The position numbers and the translations under genes were made by a program. DNA of 64,000 nt from Eledone cirrhosa (lineage: Eukaryota): assembly GCA_964016885.1 (NCBI GenBank), contig OZ024741.1, positions 346,208,001 through 346,272,000 of the forward strand. The letters run 5' to 3'. Under the pieces are notes generated by a model that did not search any database, had not been told where the DNA came from, and saw nothing but the letters and a program-made list of their open reading frames with translations. The stretch's first letter is position 1. Each line of letters starts with the position of its first letter. Positions 1-15,080 of this stretch are shown here, piece after piece.

Positions 1-44
<44 letters not shown>

Positions 45-49
45 TAGAT

Positions 50-2374
50 CTTTCTTTATTTGCCACAGGGGCGTACAAAATGGGACGTTAGAAGACGTGA
101 CGGCGGAGGTTTTACATAAAAATAAGTTTAACATTAATAAATAACAATAAACTATATATAATAAAATAACAATTGAAATCCCCAGTAGGAGGGAACGTTA
201 CTGCAGGGTTGTTTAACACCCGTGGATAGAACAACCCTCAACACCAGGAACACGTTTTGTAGGTGTTCCTGTCTTCCCTCTGTTTATCTTCCTCGACCTA
301 CAGGTTTATATACAGAGAAGGCCCATTCACTCGGGCCATTTTCGCCACATTCACCCACCTTTCAGCGAATTTACTGGGGTGTAGCACCTCTCTCTCCAAT
401 CTCAACTTCCTTCTGAAGTGATACTTAAAGAAGAAGTTGTTGTCCGGAGAGAAGGTGTTTGCCCTCAGTCCTTTTAGCCTCGTCCACCATATTACCTCTT
501 TCGCCATAGCCACCAGACAGAGGAAACCCGCCTCTCCTTCGTGCTTAAATGAAGGCGGTGGGATGATCCTCACGTTGGACCCGGCTGACAACTGGATGCG
601 TCCCACACGTTACACCTGCTGTTCGACATAATTCCACAGGTCGGTCACCCCTAGGCACTGAACAATTGCGTGCAGAACGGTTTCGATGTCCTGCTCGCAT
701 CTTGGACAGGTTCTTTTGGCAGGATCTCTGCCAGGGCGTCCGTGCCTGTAGATTTTGTCCCGAACTGGCAGAGCTCCTCGGTAGCACTGCCAGTCCTCTG
801 GAAGTTATCCATAGGCCCTGGACGGAAAGTCCTCCCGAACAGACTGGTCAGTTCGTCCTCCTCGATGCCTAGAGTTTCCCCGAGAACGTCGTCGCACTTA
901 TCCTCCACTAATCCCCTATAGAATGTCGAAGTGGAGTCTCCGCTGATTGCCGTTTCCGCTTGGTAGAGGGCTGTGAGCGCTTGTAGGCACTCGAGGTGCC
1001 AGGCACCCATTTTCGGTCTTCGCTTGACCCAGGACTGCAGCTCTGTTAGTGAGACGAGTTATAGAAGAGCTTGTCTCACAAACCACAGCCACACCGGTTC
1101 ACCGGTCAGGAATACCTGGAGATGGCGTAGCCTCAGCGCTTGTTTGCGCATCATCAGCCACAGTATGCCCAGCCCTCCATTAGAAGAGTGTTGACAGCAG
1201 ATGGATCTCCTCACCAATGGAGCCTGTTTCTTCCAGAGGAACTTGAAGAGTAGGCGTTCCATTTTGGTAAGGTATTCGCGGGTCAAGGCACGACTGTCAA
1301 GCGGTAGTAGATGACGGACGCTATGTAAGTGTTCGCCACCTCCACTCGACCTTTCAAGGAGAGTTTGCACTCAGCCCACTTCTGGGTGAGTGCAAACACC
1401 TTCGCCGTGACCTCGTTCCAGTTCTTGTCCACGTGGAGGTCTGGACCGAACTAGACCCCGAGCAATTTCACCGGTCCTTCCGTCCAGCGTCCAACGACAC
1501 TGTCGGAAGGCATTGGTTTGCCTCTCCATGTGCCGAGTTGCAAACCGACAGACTTGTTTGGGTTTAGTCTTGCTTCTGTCAACGTTTCGTATGCCTGTAA
1601 TAGTTTGCCGATTACCCTGATTTCCGAGGTTTTCGACACCATTACGCTTATGTCGTCGGCATAGGCTGCCGCTGATTTCCGCAGTCCCGGTTCGATCGGG
1701 ATGCCCTGCAACAGCTCCAATTTCCGTAGTAACGGCTCGAGAGTCAGTACCTATAAAATGGAGGAGAGAGGGAATCCCTGACGGATGGAACGCATGATTT
1801 GAAATGGCTCTGATCGGTAGCCTTTCACCTTGACTGCCGAGCAGATGCTGGTGTGCATGGCAGCGATCCAGCCTCTGCAGACGGGACCGAAGTCGGCCGC
1901 CTTGAGAACTGCTTCCAAGTATTGATGGTCGACCCTATCAAATGCCTTAGACTGATCTAAATTGATCAGAGCCCCACCAAAGCCTGGTTTACACCCTACC
2001 CTCTCTATGATGTATCGCATGAGGTGGAGGTTATCGTGTGTGGACCTGGTCGGGATTGCACACGTTTGGGCTTCCCCTACCAGGTTCTCGACGACAAGCG
2101 CCAGCCTTGCTGCTAACACCTTGGCCAAAATCTTTAACTCTGTATTGAGCAGAGTTATGGGCCTGAAATTGCTTATCTCATCCCCCTTGTTCTCATCTTT
2201 CCTGATCAGCGTTACTACGCTTCTGCCTACAGAACTGGGAATCCTCCCGTTCTGCTGCCAGTTGCAGTAGACCGCTTCGAGGACGCCAGAGAACAAGTCT
2301 GGCATGCCTATGTAAAACTCATAGGGTAGACCATCTAAACCAAGTGATTTGCGTTTCCCGCAGCGGCCTAGGGC
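50..2374 (-). mobile_element. 5'-truncated L1/Tx1-clade non-LTR retrotransposon (RT to 3' UTR)
   Basis: Minus-strand ORF pieces 1751-2305, 1451-1720, 1059-1370, 651-1010 and 298-606 carry RT motifs (NFRPITLLN, LDQSKAFDRVDH, IRQGFPLS, AYADDI). The 3' end reads AATAAAGAAAG. A 16-bp TSD CGAGAGAGAGATAGAT lies at 34-49 and 2375-2390. Homologous to 58153-62898. Confidence 0.93.
298..2370 (-). pseudogene. Disrupted LINE ORF2 (reverse transcriptase and C-terminal domain)
   Basis: Stops and frameshifts split the RT into five ORF pieces that are collinear with ORF2 at 60462-62643. Confidence 0.9.
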
Positions 2375-2967
2375 CGAGAGAGAGATAGATAGATAGATAA
2401 ATAGAGAGAGAGAGAAAGAGAAAACGTAGCTATTATTTATTGCAATTATTTAAGCCAAATCATCTTTCATTTATCGTTGCAAAATATATTAATTACATGC
2501 AATATATTTTTCCTAATCTCAGTGCAGTATGTTAATAATATAATGCAACTTATTGCAGCTTTCTATATCCCGTTACATGTAAACAACATATTTGTGTCTT
2601 AATATATATTATTGGCTCCAGGTTCTGTTAATTTAATTAATTCTATCCTTCTATGAAATGTATTCAAGTCATAAATGTGTTTATATAAGCTAAACATTTC
2701 GTCGTCCGCCAATCTGTAACACGTAGATTTAGCGAATTACAATACCAAAGGATTTTAGAATTAATTTGATTACTGTAGCATTCATTAATATTATTTTTAA
2801 ATCAGACAACAACTGTGACGTTTAATATACAATCCTCATATACCAACACCATGTTAACAAATTAAATCTAGAAATATTTCCCATCACACTCCTAACACCA
2901 CAGATAAAACATACATCTTAACGTTACAAACCTAGATTATACCTCTGAGCATGTGGTTAGACGGAAA

Positions 2968-3320
2968 AAATGAAACGAAATTTCATTTCCCACTCTTAGT
3001 ACGGCTGTTACTTAAATATAAGTATGTACACGTACATACATATACGTATACAGACGTACAGTAGTATGTATATATATATACATACATGCACACATATATA
3101 GATATACGTATGCATTCACCAAACATTTATTATAATGCTCGGTGTGTTTGTAAACAAACATCCCGTATTAAGCCGTAGTGTCTAGCAACCACCGTTGCTC
3201 GTTTGTTCAACACTGACAAAGGAACGCTGTACTAGTTTCAAGCTTATTAGCTATCGTCAGCAACGTATACCTTCCTGCCAGATTGTTGAACGTCTGAAAG
3301 TATATACTTTCCTTATGCAT
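2968..3320 (-). mobile_element. Short ORF-less hammerhead-containing repeat (PLE pLTR-derived or retrozyme-like), copy 1
   Basis: Clearly homologous to 22325-22772 and contains the hammerhead at 3224-3266. Confidence 0.7.
3224..3266 (-). ncRNA. Type I minimal hammerhead ribozyme
   Basis: Reverse complement reads acgttg CTGACGA tagc taataa gctt GAAA ctag TA cagcgt: stem I, conserved core, stem II and a palindromic stem III. Confidence 0.8.
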
Positions 3321-3379
3321 ATTAACAGCTGAGTAGCCCAATTTGCATATCGAGTGGGTTAATCGGCCGGGTGCACCGA

Positions 3380-3710
3380 AAACGATAAACGGAATATCTC
3401 AGGAAAGAATCGCTGGACTGATTTCACGGGCAAAACCAACTGGCAGGAGACACATGGGTAGACCCCGAGCAAGATGGTTGGATAACATCCTTGAGCTTGG
3501 CTGGTCTCGCTTGGGCATCCTGCCAGTTGGAAACGGTTGCTTCTGATAGGACCCGTTAAAAGGAGCGTTTGAGGACTCTGCCTCCACGAGCCTTTCAGGA
3601 ATAACTGGGCGAAGAAGAACAACACCAATAGCAACAACAACATTCAAGAAGAAGAAGAAGAAGAAGAAGAAGAAGAAGAAGAAGAAGAAGAAGAAGAAGA
3701 AGAAGAAGAA
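3380..3710 (+). mobile_element. RTE-clade LINE 3' fragment with (GAA)n tail
   Basis: Translation PTGRRHMGRPRARWLDNI resembles the RTE C-terminal GRPxxRWxD motif and is followed by (GAA)n. Confidence 0.6.
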
Positions 3711-4024
3711 GGCATACTGCTATAACTAGATGACATTGTGCTTGGAATAATTAAGGGATTGGATGACCTCAAGTTAGATGTCTGTGATCATAGCTCTTTC
3801 TGACGGATTGCGATTGGACTGGAGATAAACGAAGGACAATTATTGAAATTGGAAATGATCTAGTTGTATTTTCTTTTATCACTTCCTCAGTGATATTGAA
3901 TTTTCCAAAGCAAACACATTCAGACTCTATGTTTATGGAAGCACACTATAGAAAGTTATCCCAGCAGAACACATCGACGTTAAATAAACAGCAACAGCGA
4001 TAAATCTGTTTATATCTATGTATG

Positions 4025-4130
<106 letters not shown>

Positions 4131-6842
4131 GAATATAGGTAACTGTGAATGCGTAAATGTGTATATAAATTTAAATATTTTCAGTATATAGACATGTAAA
4201 CATACCAAATATTTTTTAATAAATAACATTATGTAAGGCCGTCTTCGTTTAAGCATCGCGTTGTTGTTGGTTATATGATAAACATACCCTTTTCATGAGG
4301 AGAAATCTTGTTCCGAAAATCAATATAGTTGTTTTATTCATTGTTTGGGGAAATACTTATCTTTGGTATGTTTACATGTTGATATACTAAAAATGCGTAA
4401 ATGTATTTTCGCAGCTCCATGCACATTAATACGACCATGTTGGGATAATACAATAAGTAATTATGTATGTAAGACACTTGGTTAGGTATTTCCCTGTGTT
4501 TGGTAAAGACGTTATGCTAAACTACATTATGCGCCTCAAAAATGCATGGATTCAAGTGAGGATCACTTGCTGTAACTCTGGAGTGAAACATGAGAAGATA
4601 ATAGATGTTCGATATGTTATCTTACAATGCTTTGAACTATAAAAATTCGTTTCATGAATTTCATCAGTTTTTGACGAAAATTGAACAATGTTGACAAAAA
4701 TAAATATGGCGTCAGTTTCCATGTATAAGATGTGAAGTTTCTTTACAAATGCATATTCAGGATGATGCCAAAACGCCAAATTTACTATCATAAATGAGAC
4801 TTGTGTCGAGATACAATGATTTCCAACACTACACATTTCATCAAAGCCATCAAGTTTCACCGAAAGATCTAAACTGTTTCCAGTCCACAACAGAATGCTT
4901 CACGTCTATAAGCTACGGTCATCTGTCAGAAAAACAAAAGGTCTCTACGGCGTGTGAGAAGAGACGGAAACGCTGATATGTAAATTTTGAACAATCTCTT
5001 TCTAGCTGAATATAAAAGACCCCGACGTTCGACACACTGTATATCCAGACATTACGAAAATGCTTTTCCTAGAAACATGTAATGTGCCAAATATGCACCT
5101 GAATCAGAATGTCATTTCCTGTAGCCTACACTGGATCGCTTCCCCAAAATCAAAAAGTGGGGTAACATGCTGAACGCAATTATGAGTGAACACCAAACAA
5201 ATGGCGGATGTCACTTCATATCAGGAGATGTATACATTCCAAAGCAGTTTCAGAAGCTCCATATTACTCATACCGCTAGTCCCAGAAGCCCATTACTCTC
5301 CATACCTCCAGTTTCAGGGAATCCTCTCTGTCCGCCCTACCACAAGTCTGAAAAATTATCATTAGCACTGCTTTTCCTTCCAGAACAAACAGTATGAAGA
5401 AAACTCCACCGAAATAAACTCTCCGTTTCATATTCCCGGACTCTATAAGATACTGTGAACCGCTCACTCAGTTTATTACTCTTTCTCATACTCTCATAGT
5501 CATCTATGGTCCCATATTTGAGGGTTGTGCTGGAGGTTGTGGATGCAATTCACAGTTTCCCTTTCCTCCATAAAAAGGAAGAAGGTTTAAGCAGCTAGAA
5601 GATGATGTAACACGTTATGTGTTACATCAACAATCCAGAGAAACCGGAGAACATGGTGGGTGTGAAAGGACAGTTGAAGAAAAATTTATTTAATTAATGT
5701 ATTTTATATATTTGTTAAATGTTTTATTATCATTATAACATTTTGTTTTTTACTTTGATAACGAAGAGTTGATTAATCTGTTTTAATTCAGACAATGTTG
5801 ACAATCCCTGCAAAGCTAATTAATATTAGAGAGCAGATAGAAAGAAAGAAAATGAGTGAGAGTGAGATAAAGGGAAGGCATTGGAGAGATTTTGAGAGTG
5901 AGAGGAAAGAGATGAGGATAATAAAAAAGGTAACAAAATAAAACCGCAGACTTACAGAGAAAGAAAAATAATGAGAAAGAGCGGGAGAGAGGGAAATGGG
6001 GAATTAGTAATCAAGAGTGTGAAATAGAGAGAGAGAAATATATATATACATATATACATATATATATAGAGAGAGAGATGAAGAATGATAGAAAGAGAGA
6101 TATAAGGCGAGGGAGAAAAGTGAGTGTGATTTGAACTGAGTTCAATCAGGAATGCAAAATTTAATACTACTAATTAGTGATATATACAGATAATTGTTAT
6201 TGTTGTTATTGTTTTAGTTTCTCTTTTATTGTTGTTGTAATTTTAGAACGACTGCGGGTGTTGGTGGTGGCATTCATAGAGCTAATGACTGTGGCATCAC
6301 ATTCTTCTTCTTCTTCTTCTTCTTGAATGTTGTTGCTATTGATGTTGTTGTTGCTATTGGTGTTGTTTTCAGTGATATTGTTATTGTAATTCCAGTTCTA
6401 TTGCTGCTGCTGCTGTTCTTGTTCGTGTTTTTTGACCTCTACATTCCGAATGACTTCTGGTCATACACACTTATGATCAAATGCATTCAAGGACAACCCC
6501 TCCTGTCGTAGTATGTTTTATATTTAGTCGTTGTTGTATTTTTTGTTAATTCTTCTGATATAGTCATTTTCATTCTTTTAAGTCCCGATTAATTTTACTA
6601 AAGAAAACACCCAATGAAAATAACCCAGACAGGAATGTCTCTTCGTTTTTCTTCAGAAGGTAGAGTTTGATTGTAGAATAATAATCTATTTTTAGCAGGA
6701 TGTGTAACACGAGAGTTATCCCATTATTTTTAGTTTCCTCCTTATTGTTGCATGTTTCTTTTTTGATATTGTTGTTCCCACGGGTTTATATATTGGTATT
6801 ACATTTGAAATTCGTAGCTAACACAGGTGTAATTTTAATGTA

Positions 6843-7549
6843 CAGGGTGGGCCAGAATTCATGACTCGCTTGTTAGTTATATTTCTTAACATACCTATTT
6901 TATTGTTATTGTATTGTTTTAATTTACTATTTTATTTCTTAACATGCCTCACATGTTTTTTTATTTATTTTTTATAAATTTGATTAACCATGACATCCTT
7001 TGCTAAGCTTGGAGAAACGTGTTCAATGTGTGAGCTTATATGCTAAAACAGATAACATCACTGAAGTCTGCAGAGTAATAGAAGCAACTTATGGGCCACC
7101 CGCACCTACGAGAAAGACTGTTACTAGGATTAATATGTTATTTAATGAAACACGTAGTGTTATGGACCACAAAAAGACCAGGACGACCAAGATCTGTTCG
7201 AACAAATGAAAATGAAGAACGCTTGAGAACCGAGTTAGACAATTCTCCACAAAAATCCAAATCATCTTAAACAAGTTATTATGCAAGAATGTGAAGCAAT
7301 CGCGGTAGACATGTGTCATAAAGCATGTCAAAATGTTTCAATAAGGTTGCAAGCCTGTGTTGCAACTGAAGGAGGCAAGGTTGACCACGAAATGGAAAAC
7401 CGATTTAACTAATCAGCGCGTTAATCAAATGTGTACATTTGTGGGCTTACCGTATCTTGTTCATGATCTGATGCCTGTATATGGTATTATATTCCTTAAC
7501 TTGTTTTATAACATATAATCAAGTGAGTGATGAATTCTGGCCCATCCTG
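6843..7549 (+). mobile_element. Internally deleted Tc1/mariner-superfamily DNA transposon
   Basis: TA at 6841-6842 and 7550-7551. ~30-bp TIRs (CAGGGTGGGCCAGAATTCATGACTCGCTTG / CAAGTGAGTGATGAATTCTGGCCCATCCTG). ORF 7000-7209 resembles the transposase N-terminal HTH, followed by a C-terminal remnant (RLQACVATEGG). No DDD/E core seen. Confidence 0.88.
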
Positions 7550-8429
7550 TAGATTTATCATTTCAGAGGAAAAGACGAGGACGAGAAAGGAAGCAATTTT
7601 CTATTACTTGTTAACCATAAGATTATGGATGTCATTGATTAACTTCAAATCAGACTTGATCTAGCATAGCTAGATCAAGCACTCCAGGTATGATAACCAA
7701 TATATCATTTGTTTTGTAATTTAGACATATTATTTGTCGAGGTGAATATTATTCAGTGTAACTGTGGGCACTAATATCGCTTGTTAACTAGTCCTAGATC
7801 GGCTCGATCAGAAGTAAGATGGCAATATTGATGTACCTTGGCAAGTAGATTCTACGTTTGCCTACTAGAACATATGGAGAAGCTAGATATATTATGATTC
7901 TGTTTTGAATAAATAGTATCACTGCTGTTGCTGATTTTCTTCTCATTTTCTTTCTCAATTTCTAATGAAGGAAATACAAGTCAAACCAGACGTCACTTGT
8001 GACCAAACGAAAATATACCAAAATGAAATGAATCAATGTATCTTAAGCCAACACGCCATCGTTCTCTTTCTAATAATAACGCATCATTAACGAATAAACA
8101 AGTCAAGTAATGGGATAGATAAAATCAGAACCTAAAAATAACCAAACAATAAATTTCAAGGTTTTGGTTTGACATTATCGATCTGAGTTCTCGCACAGTG
8201 TTGCTAACGCAAGTTAAATCGGGTGATCCTTGGAAGCTGGAACTACATAAATGAACGGAACAAAGAGATGTACATCATTTTAGACGGAACATACTGTAGT
8301 TTCCTTTCTGTCACATTATATTTAACAAAAAATATTCAACCCATTCAGCAGTTGACATGTAACGTTTAATAGACGAAACAAAATATATGAAACTTGAATA
8401 TATGAAACTTGTAGCACAAAGGCAGTGGA

Positions 8430-8630
8430 TTAGCAGATATGTTAGGGCGTCAGACATGCATTGTGACATGTAGTTACGGCCCTTTAGGTTCTGTTTTCAA
8501 ATCCCGTCGTGTTTAGCTTTGCTTTTCGTTCTTGCGAGTTCGATAAAATGAAGTATCAGTAACACCATGGGGATCGATTTCTCCGACATTGCCCATTCTG
8601 TTCAAATTGCTGGCCTTGTGCTAAGAATAT
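8430..8630 (+). repeat. SINE copy (family with conserved central GGGGTCGATAAAATAAGTACCAG-like domain)
   Basis: Shares ttcaaatcccg..ctttgcttttc..cgataaaat..agta.cag and gctggccttgtgc with other copies in the window. Confidence 0.6.
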
Positions 8631-9584
8631 AAGCACATTCATCAATGGAAGCGCACTCAGCAATGCAAAACAAATCAAACTAGGGAGAATGTGAAATCCG
8701 AACTGAAATAAAAGAAGCAAAATACATCAATGCATTTTAGACCGACACATCTTTCTTTCATCTCTGCCAGAGCATCCCCAGTGCATTTGCTAATATTAAA
8801 CATCAACTCCATTACAATGCATATATATCAATCAATTACAGTAATTTGGCTGTAATTATCGAAATATGTTGTAATTAATTCTCGAATTTTTTCTCAAACT
8901 AAGGCTATTTCTGGAGAAGAAATAACAGTTAATCCTATTTAGGTTTTCTATCTAATGAACTGTGAATTAGTGGAAAGATTGCGGGAATTTATAACTTTAT
9001 GGAATAGCAGGTGTAGTTCTTTTAATAGAAATGTTATGTAATTTAGAAGGCAAAATCCCTTCAACCAAAGTATACTTACTGATTTCAATTCTACTTTAAA
9101 TATATATGTACGGTGGTAAAGTTTCGAAGATTTACTTGAAATGTATGAACGTCATTATCACATGTTCGGTTTCCTTTTTTTATTTTTGTCAACACTTAAA
9201 TAATATCAGTGCACTTTGCTAATATTACAATGCATAGACTATAACATTTTTCAGTCATCTCCGAGACCATTTCACTCATGTGAATGCATCCTGAGAAAAG
9301 CAGACAAAAATGCATTAGTGTTACCTCGATGCGTTATACAGTAACATCGAAGTTCGATCCTATAACGTAGAGCAAGACACATAGAGCTGTACTTCAAATA
9401 TTACGCACTTTGACGCGTTGTGATTGTGTGAACACTACTTCTCGGGAACTTGTTTCGAATCCAAAATAAAAGACATTCCACAAAATTAAAACGCGTAAGA
9501 AAACCACAATATCCAAATATTTTTGCTTACATCTTAGCTTCGTTTTCAACTAAATCGAAAATATTTATTTGCGGATTTATTTCG

Positions 9585-9680
9585 GCTCTCTCGGAGCTGA
9601 AGCCAAACCGACACAGCTCAATTCTGCCTTTCAACCTTTCGAGGTCGATAAATATATTACCAGCACAGTACTGGACTGGA
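9585..9680 (+). repeat. SINE fragment, same family
   Basis: gcctttcaacctttcgaggtcgataaatatattaccag. Confidence 0.5.
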
Positions 9681-11138
9681 TATATATCTTTCTAACTCCC
9701 TCTATATCACACACTTTCTCCTTCTCTGTCAAACCTCGGCTGTGGTCAGGCCTAATGAGAGTATTTAAGGTACCCAAATATATCACATGTCACTACGGTG
9801 CGCAACAAATTCATCAGGAATTACGTGCCCATATATACATATAAAACGAAAACAAAGTAGTATCTCTGTTAGAGAATCAATTGGCTAACTAACAATTCTT
9901 AAACACCATCCTTGTGTAAATACTACACAATTTCCCTGACCGTTACATTACAACGCACACAATGAAACATTGCTTAGTAAAGTGTAGGATTGAGAAGTGG
10001 TTGGTTCACATTACAACATCGAAATACTATTCCAAGGCATCATGACTGACTAAATGTTTATGCTCGAACAAAGTGATGAAGAATTTACAGAGCACTCAAC
10101 AATAAATACTACATCTGGTAATAAAATACTATCAAATTTGTGCATAACGTTCAGTCAAATGCCATAATTTCCATAAAAGCTGCAGTAAGTACCATTGACC
10201 TTAACCAGCGGAGTGTGTAAAGATATTTAGGTACATGCTGTTCGGATCAAAATGAACAGCTAGCTTCTTATATTTCTATAATATATTGTAAAATATATTT
10301 GATCGAAAAACATCTGTTTTTGTACTATATTGTAATAAAATGATATTATTTATTATTTAATGCCTGTAAATCTTTTTGGCGCTACGTTATTCGTAAGACG
10401 TTCGAGTTATTTTTTCGATCGATAGATTTGTATGCTAGGTTTGTAAAGGAATCATATGATCCCAAGAGCATAAGAACGTTTTTAGTTTTTGTCTTGTTGT
10501 ATTATTTAGCTTTCATCTGGCAATATTCAGTTTTACTTAGCCTTTTCTTTGACCTTTTCATAGACGAAATATCGAAGCAATCAATTCTAAACATTCTTCA
10601 TATAAAGAAGACAGAAAAACAAAAGTAAAATCCTTTCAAAATGACATCTTCGTTGAAAGGGTTAATGTATGCATTTCCTTATTTTACAAACCCAACGTTT
10701 TTATCTGATCGTATTTTCATCCGAAGAGAATATCTGCATTTTATTCCCATACTAGTCTTCGGTTTTCGTTTAGCAAAAGAAATGCCTCTGGCAGTTGCTG
10801 AACATTTTATATGTAAAACAATCAAATTTTCGATTTACAACTATTTCTATAATATCAATATATTTTAATACCACCCGTGTATCTTTATCCCGCTAATTAG
10901 CACATTTTTGACGAACGCCTGAGAATGTGAAGTAATGTCCCGGTGAAACGAATACAATAAGAATGCAGCATCTTTTATAGGTAATATTACCTTCAGATTT
11001 TAATTCATAAAACTAATATACGCGTGTCGTAAGAAATAAGATGGCTATTTCAATACAGATTTTATTGAAACATTTTCGAATTGAGATTTTTCATTGAATG
11101 AATTATTATAGTATAGAGGTAGAGACGGTTGAACCTCA

Positions 11139-11256
<118 letters not shown>

Positions 11257-11499
11257 CTCCGAAATCATTAGACGTGTCCGTTGAACCTGCGGGTCCAGAA
11301 TCAGACAGATTCACACAATGATCGCGTCTCGAGCTGCCCGCCGGCGAATCAATTGTAACACACAATAAATTGAGTTCAGATGCATCTCTGATTTTTCGTT
11401 TTCTATTCTATCATACTCTGCTCTGTAAAAGCATAGAGTGCTCAACCGGCATACCGCCTATTGAAGCATCTTAGCTACCATCAGACACACACACACATA

Positions 11500-11578
<79 letters not shown>

Positions 11579-11649
11579 TTGGGGCATAGTTTAAACAGAA
11601 CCTTCAGATTTTCAATCATTTCAACGTTAATTTTAAATTACATCTTTCA

Positions 11650-12055
11650 ACGACAAGTTGTTGTTGTTGTTGTTTTGCTACTATGGTGAGAATGATGATG
11701 ATGTTGATGATGATGATGTTGATGGCGGCGGTGGTGTTGGAGCTGGAGGTGTTAGTAATTGTGATTATTAACGATAAGGAGCAGGACGAGGAGGAGTGAG
11801 GCAATATTGGTGATTATGTTGATGGTGATGATGATGATGACGGCGATGATGATAATTGTTATCAACAATGAAAATGTTCATGATATTGATTAGGATGATT
11901 ATAATGATGATGATGATGATGATGATCTTGACGATGATTACGATGATGATTATGATCAAAATGATGATTATGATGATTATGCTCATGTCGGTTAGAGCAA
12001 CGACGATCCTTATAGTGATGATGTTGCTATACTTTGGTTGGCGCTTGATTATCAC
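11650..12055. repeat. Degenerate (GAT)n low-complexity tract
   Basis: Directly visible trinucleotide repeats. Confidence 0.9.
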
Positions 12056-12284
12056 AAGATATAAAACATAAACGTAAAGAACAACCCCGTCATACCATTT
12101 CCTGCCTTACATGTAATTCGTTTGTCTGAACAAAGCAATACAGCAATGACACATGAAATGTAAACAGATAAGTTAAAGAGAGGTAGAAAGAAAAAAGGAA
12201 ATATATGAAAAGAATATAAGAACATAAGAACCATAGTAGTAACAAATATAGTAGTGGAGGTAATGGAAGTTTGTAAGGAAGGAC

Positions 12285-12942
<658 letters not shown>

Positions 12943-13599
12943 GTATTGGAAAAGGCAGAAGGCGATATATAGTGGTAAATTGTAAGCGAAGAACTAATTG
13001 GAAGTCAGTACTGAAGAAATCACCTTTTCTTGTCTTCGAATGGAACTACACTGCCAATTATGTCACTTTGAAGTCACGCCAATGCTACGCTAAACATCCA
13101 CCGCCCAAAACCGCCCCTGAGAAGCCCAAAGCACCAAAACTTCTAAACTAAAGCTGTAGTAACTCTTTCAGTCAACAAACCCGTCAATTTCCATCATCAT
13201 TTCACCAACATCAAATATTACAAAACGGTTGCTATTATTTCTTAAGAATCTCATGTATGGCAACCGTCGTTGTTGATGTTGCTTCTGTTTCCTGTATGAA
13301 AACAACCGTTTCAACAGCAGCACCACCAGCATAAAAATAACCATCTTTAAAGGAAGCATCTGCGCTTGAAAACGAAAAGATATTATGAGAGGTCTCACAT
13401 TGACGCCTGCTAGAAATAACAGTTATATTTACTGCAACTTACACCATACTCGATATATTGAATGCTACAACGTTAGATAACATTGAAAAATCCAACAGGA
13501 TATAGTCACAGATTAAAAATTTGACTCAATGTTTGCAATCTGAGCCCTTATTTAATTTCTTATATGCATTCAACCGGCTAAACATTCAATATTTGAACG

Positions 13600-14260
13600 T
13601 TGAATCCCTAGCGTGTGAACTAAAGGAAAAGTTGATTTCGCATATTGTCTTGGTCGATGAAGTTAATAAGGTGCTGCTATGGGGATTCCATGGTCTTGCC
13701 TTTGCCACGGTAGTTGATTATTCTTTTATCAGTGTTGGGTTCCTCTGTCTTTTATGTACAAAGTATTTGTTGACGGAGTGAGGAACTCTCTTCGCTTTAT
13801 ATACCACTAGATGTGTAAGCTGTATATGTTGTATTTTAAAAATATTTTCAGCCACCCGGTCATATGTTTTTTAAGTGCAGTCTACTGATTTTGTATCGGT
13901 CTTATAAACTAGATCTTTCGACAATTCTTACGGGGGAAGATTCTTATAGCAAATTACTTTAACATAATTTATATTAAATATTTGATATAATTGTAGTTAG
14001 GTTGATATTGTATGGCGTATTATGTCTTATATTCACATTGCTGTGTTTAGTGTTTGTTAGTGCAAGCCGCTTAATATATTCTCGCTTGTCATCAGAACGG
14101 ATTCTTGTTAAGCTTCTTCGTAATCTGAAACACTTTTATTCAATAATCCCCTCTTAGATTACAGATTAGACGTATGTTTCCTAACATATTTTGCTATGTG
14201 ATACTTACTGCTAAAGAGTAGCTTACTTAAATCATTAAAACAAGTTGGTGTTAAAGACAA
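13600..14260 (-). pseudogene. Heavily decayed Naiad-type Penelope-like element fragment
   Basis: Minus-strand remnants SVSDYEEA, HNTPYNINLTT (cf. WYNPPYN), LVVYKA and VAKARPWNP occur in the same order as in the better-preserved Naiad copies. Confidence 0.45.
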
Positions 14261-14261
14261 A

Positions 14262-15080
14262 GTTAAGGGGTTGGAATAAGATACTGGCTATCAACACAAG
14301 GGCTGTTGCAGCTCTAAAGTATAGCACTGGTGTGATAGAGTAGAGATGTGATGAACCTAAGGAGCTTGATAGAAAATTATGACACTACAAGGGGCTCTAC
14401 ACCGCAAAGTGACGAGGACAAGGTGTATCTATCACGACAGAGAGGAGGAAAAGGTCTCATTAACTGTCAAATGTGTGGGAAGAGTGAGGAAAATAATCTG
14501 GCACGGTATGTACAGAATTGAAAGGAGTGATTGATGACAGGACTAAGAAAGATAAAGGTCATTAACAGTGATGAAGCAAAGGAAAAGGGACGATTTAAAC
14601 AGGACAGAGAGGATGACACATTAAATAGATGTAAGAAAAAAATGTATGGTCAATTCTTGCATAATATGCCTGAGACAGTTGACAAAGATAAGAACTGGGA
14701 ATGGACTAGGAAAAGTGACTTAAAAGTTGAAAGTGAGGTCCTTATATTTGCAGCCCAGGAACAGGCCCTGAGATCTAACCATATGAAGTGAATTCCCCAC
14801 TTTGTAGGTTGTGTAGTGAGAAATGTGAAACAATAAACCACATTATTAGTGAGGGTCAGATGTTTGCCCAGAAAGAGTAGAAGAGAAGGCAGGACAACAT
14901 TGCCAGATTAGTTCATTGGAAGCTGTCATAAATAAGAGATGAGCAGCAATGAGAAATGGTATGAACACCACCCGGAAATGGTTGCTGAAAACGAACATTA
15001 TAAAATCTTGTGGGACATGGCCAACACGTGCGACCATATTATCGCAGCTAGAAAACCTGACGTCGTACACAAGAAGAATA
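14262..15080 (+). mobile_element. Decayed R4/Dong-clade REL LINE fragment
   Basis: INTRAVAALKYSTG, ELDRK, WEWTRKSDLKVESEVLIFAAQEQAL and KILWD..RKPDVV align with ORF 47276-48412. Confidence 0.8.

Noticed and set aside
7654-7678. Perfect hairpin cttgatctagc-ata-gctagatcaag
   Set aside because: Isolated, and likely part of a decayed repeat. No further structure supports a function.
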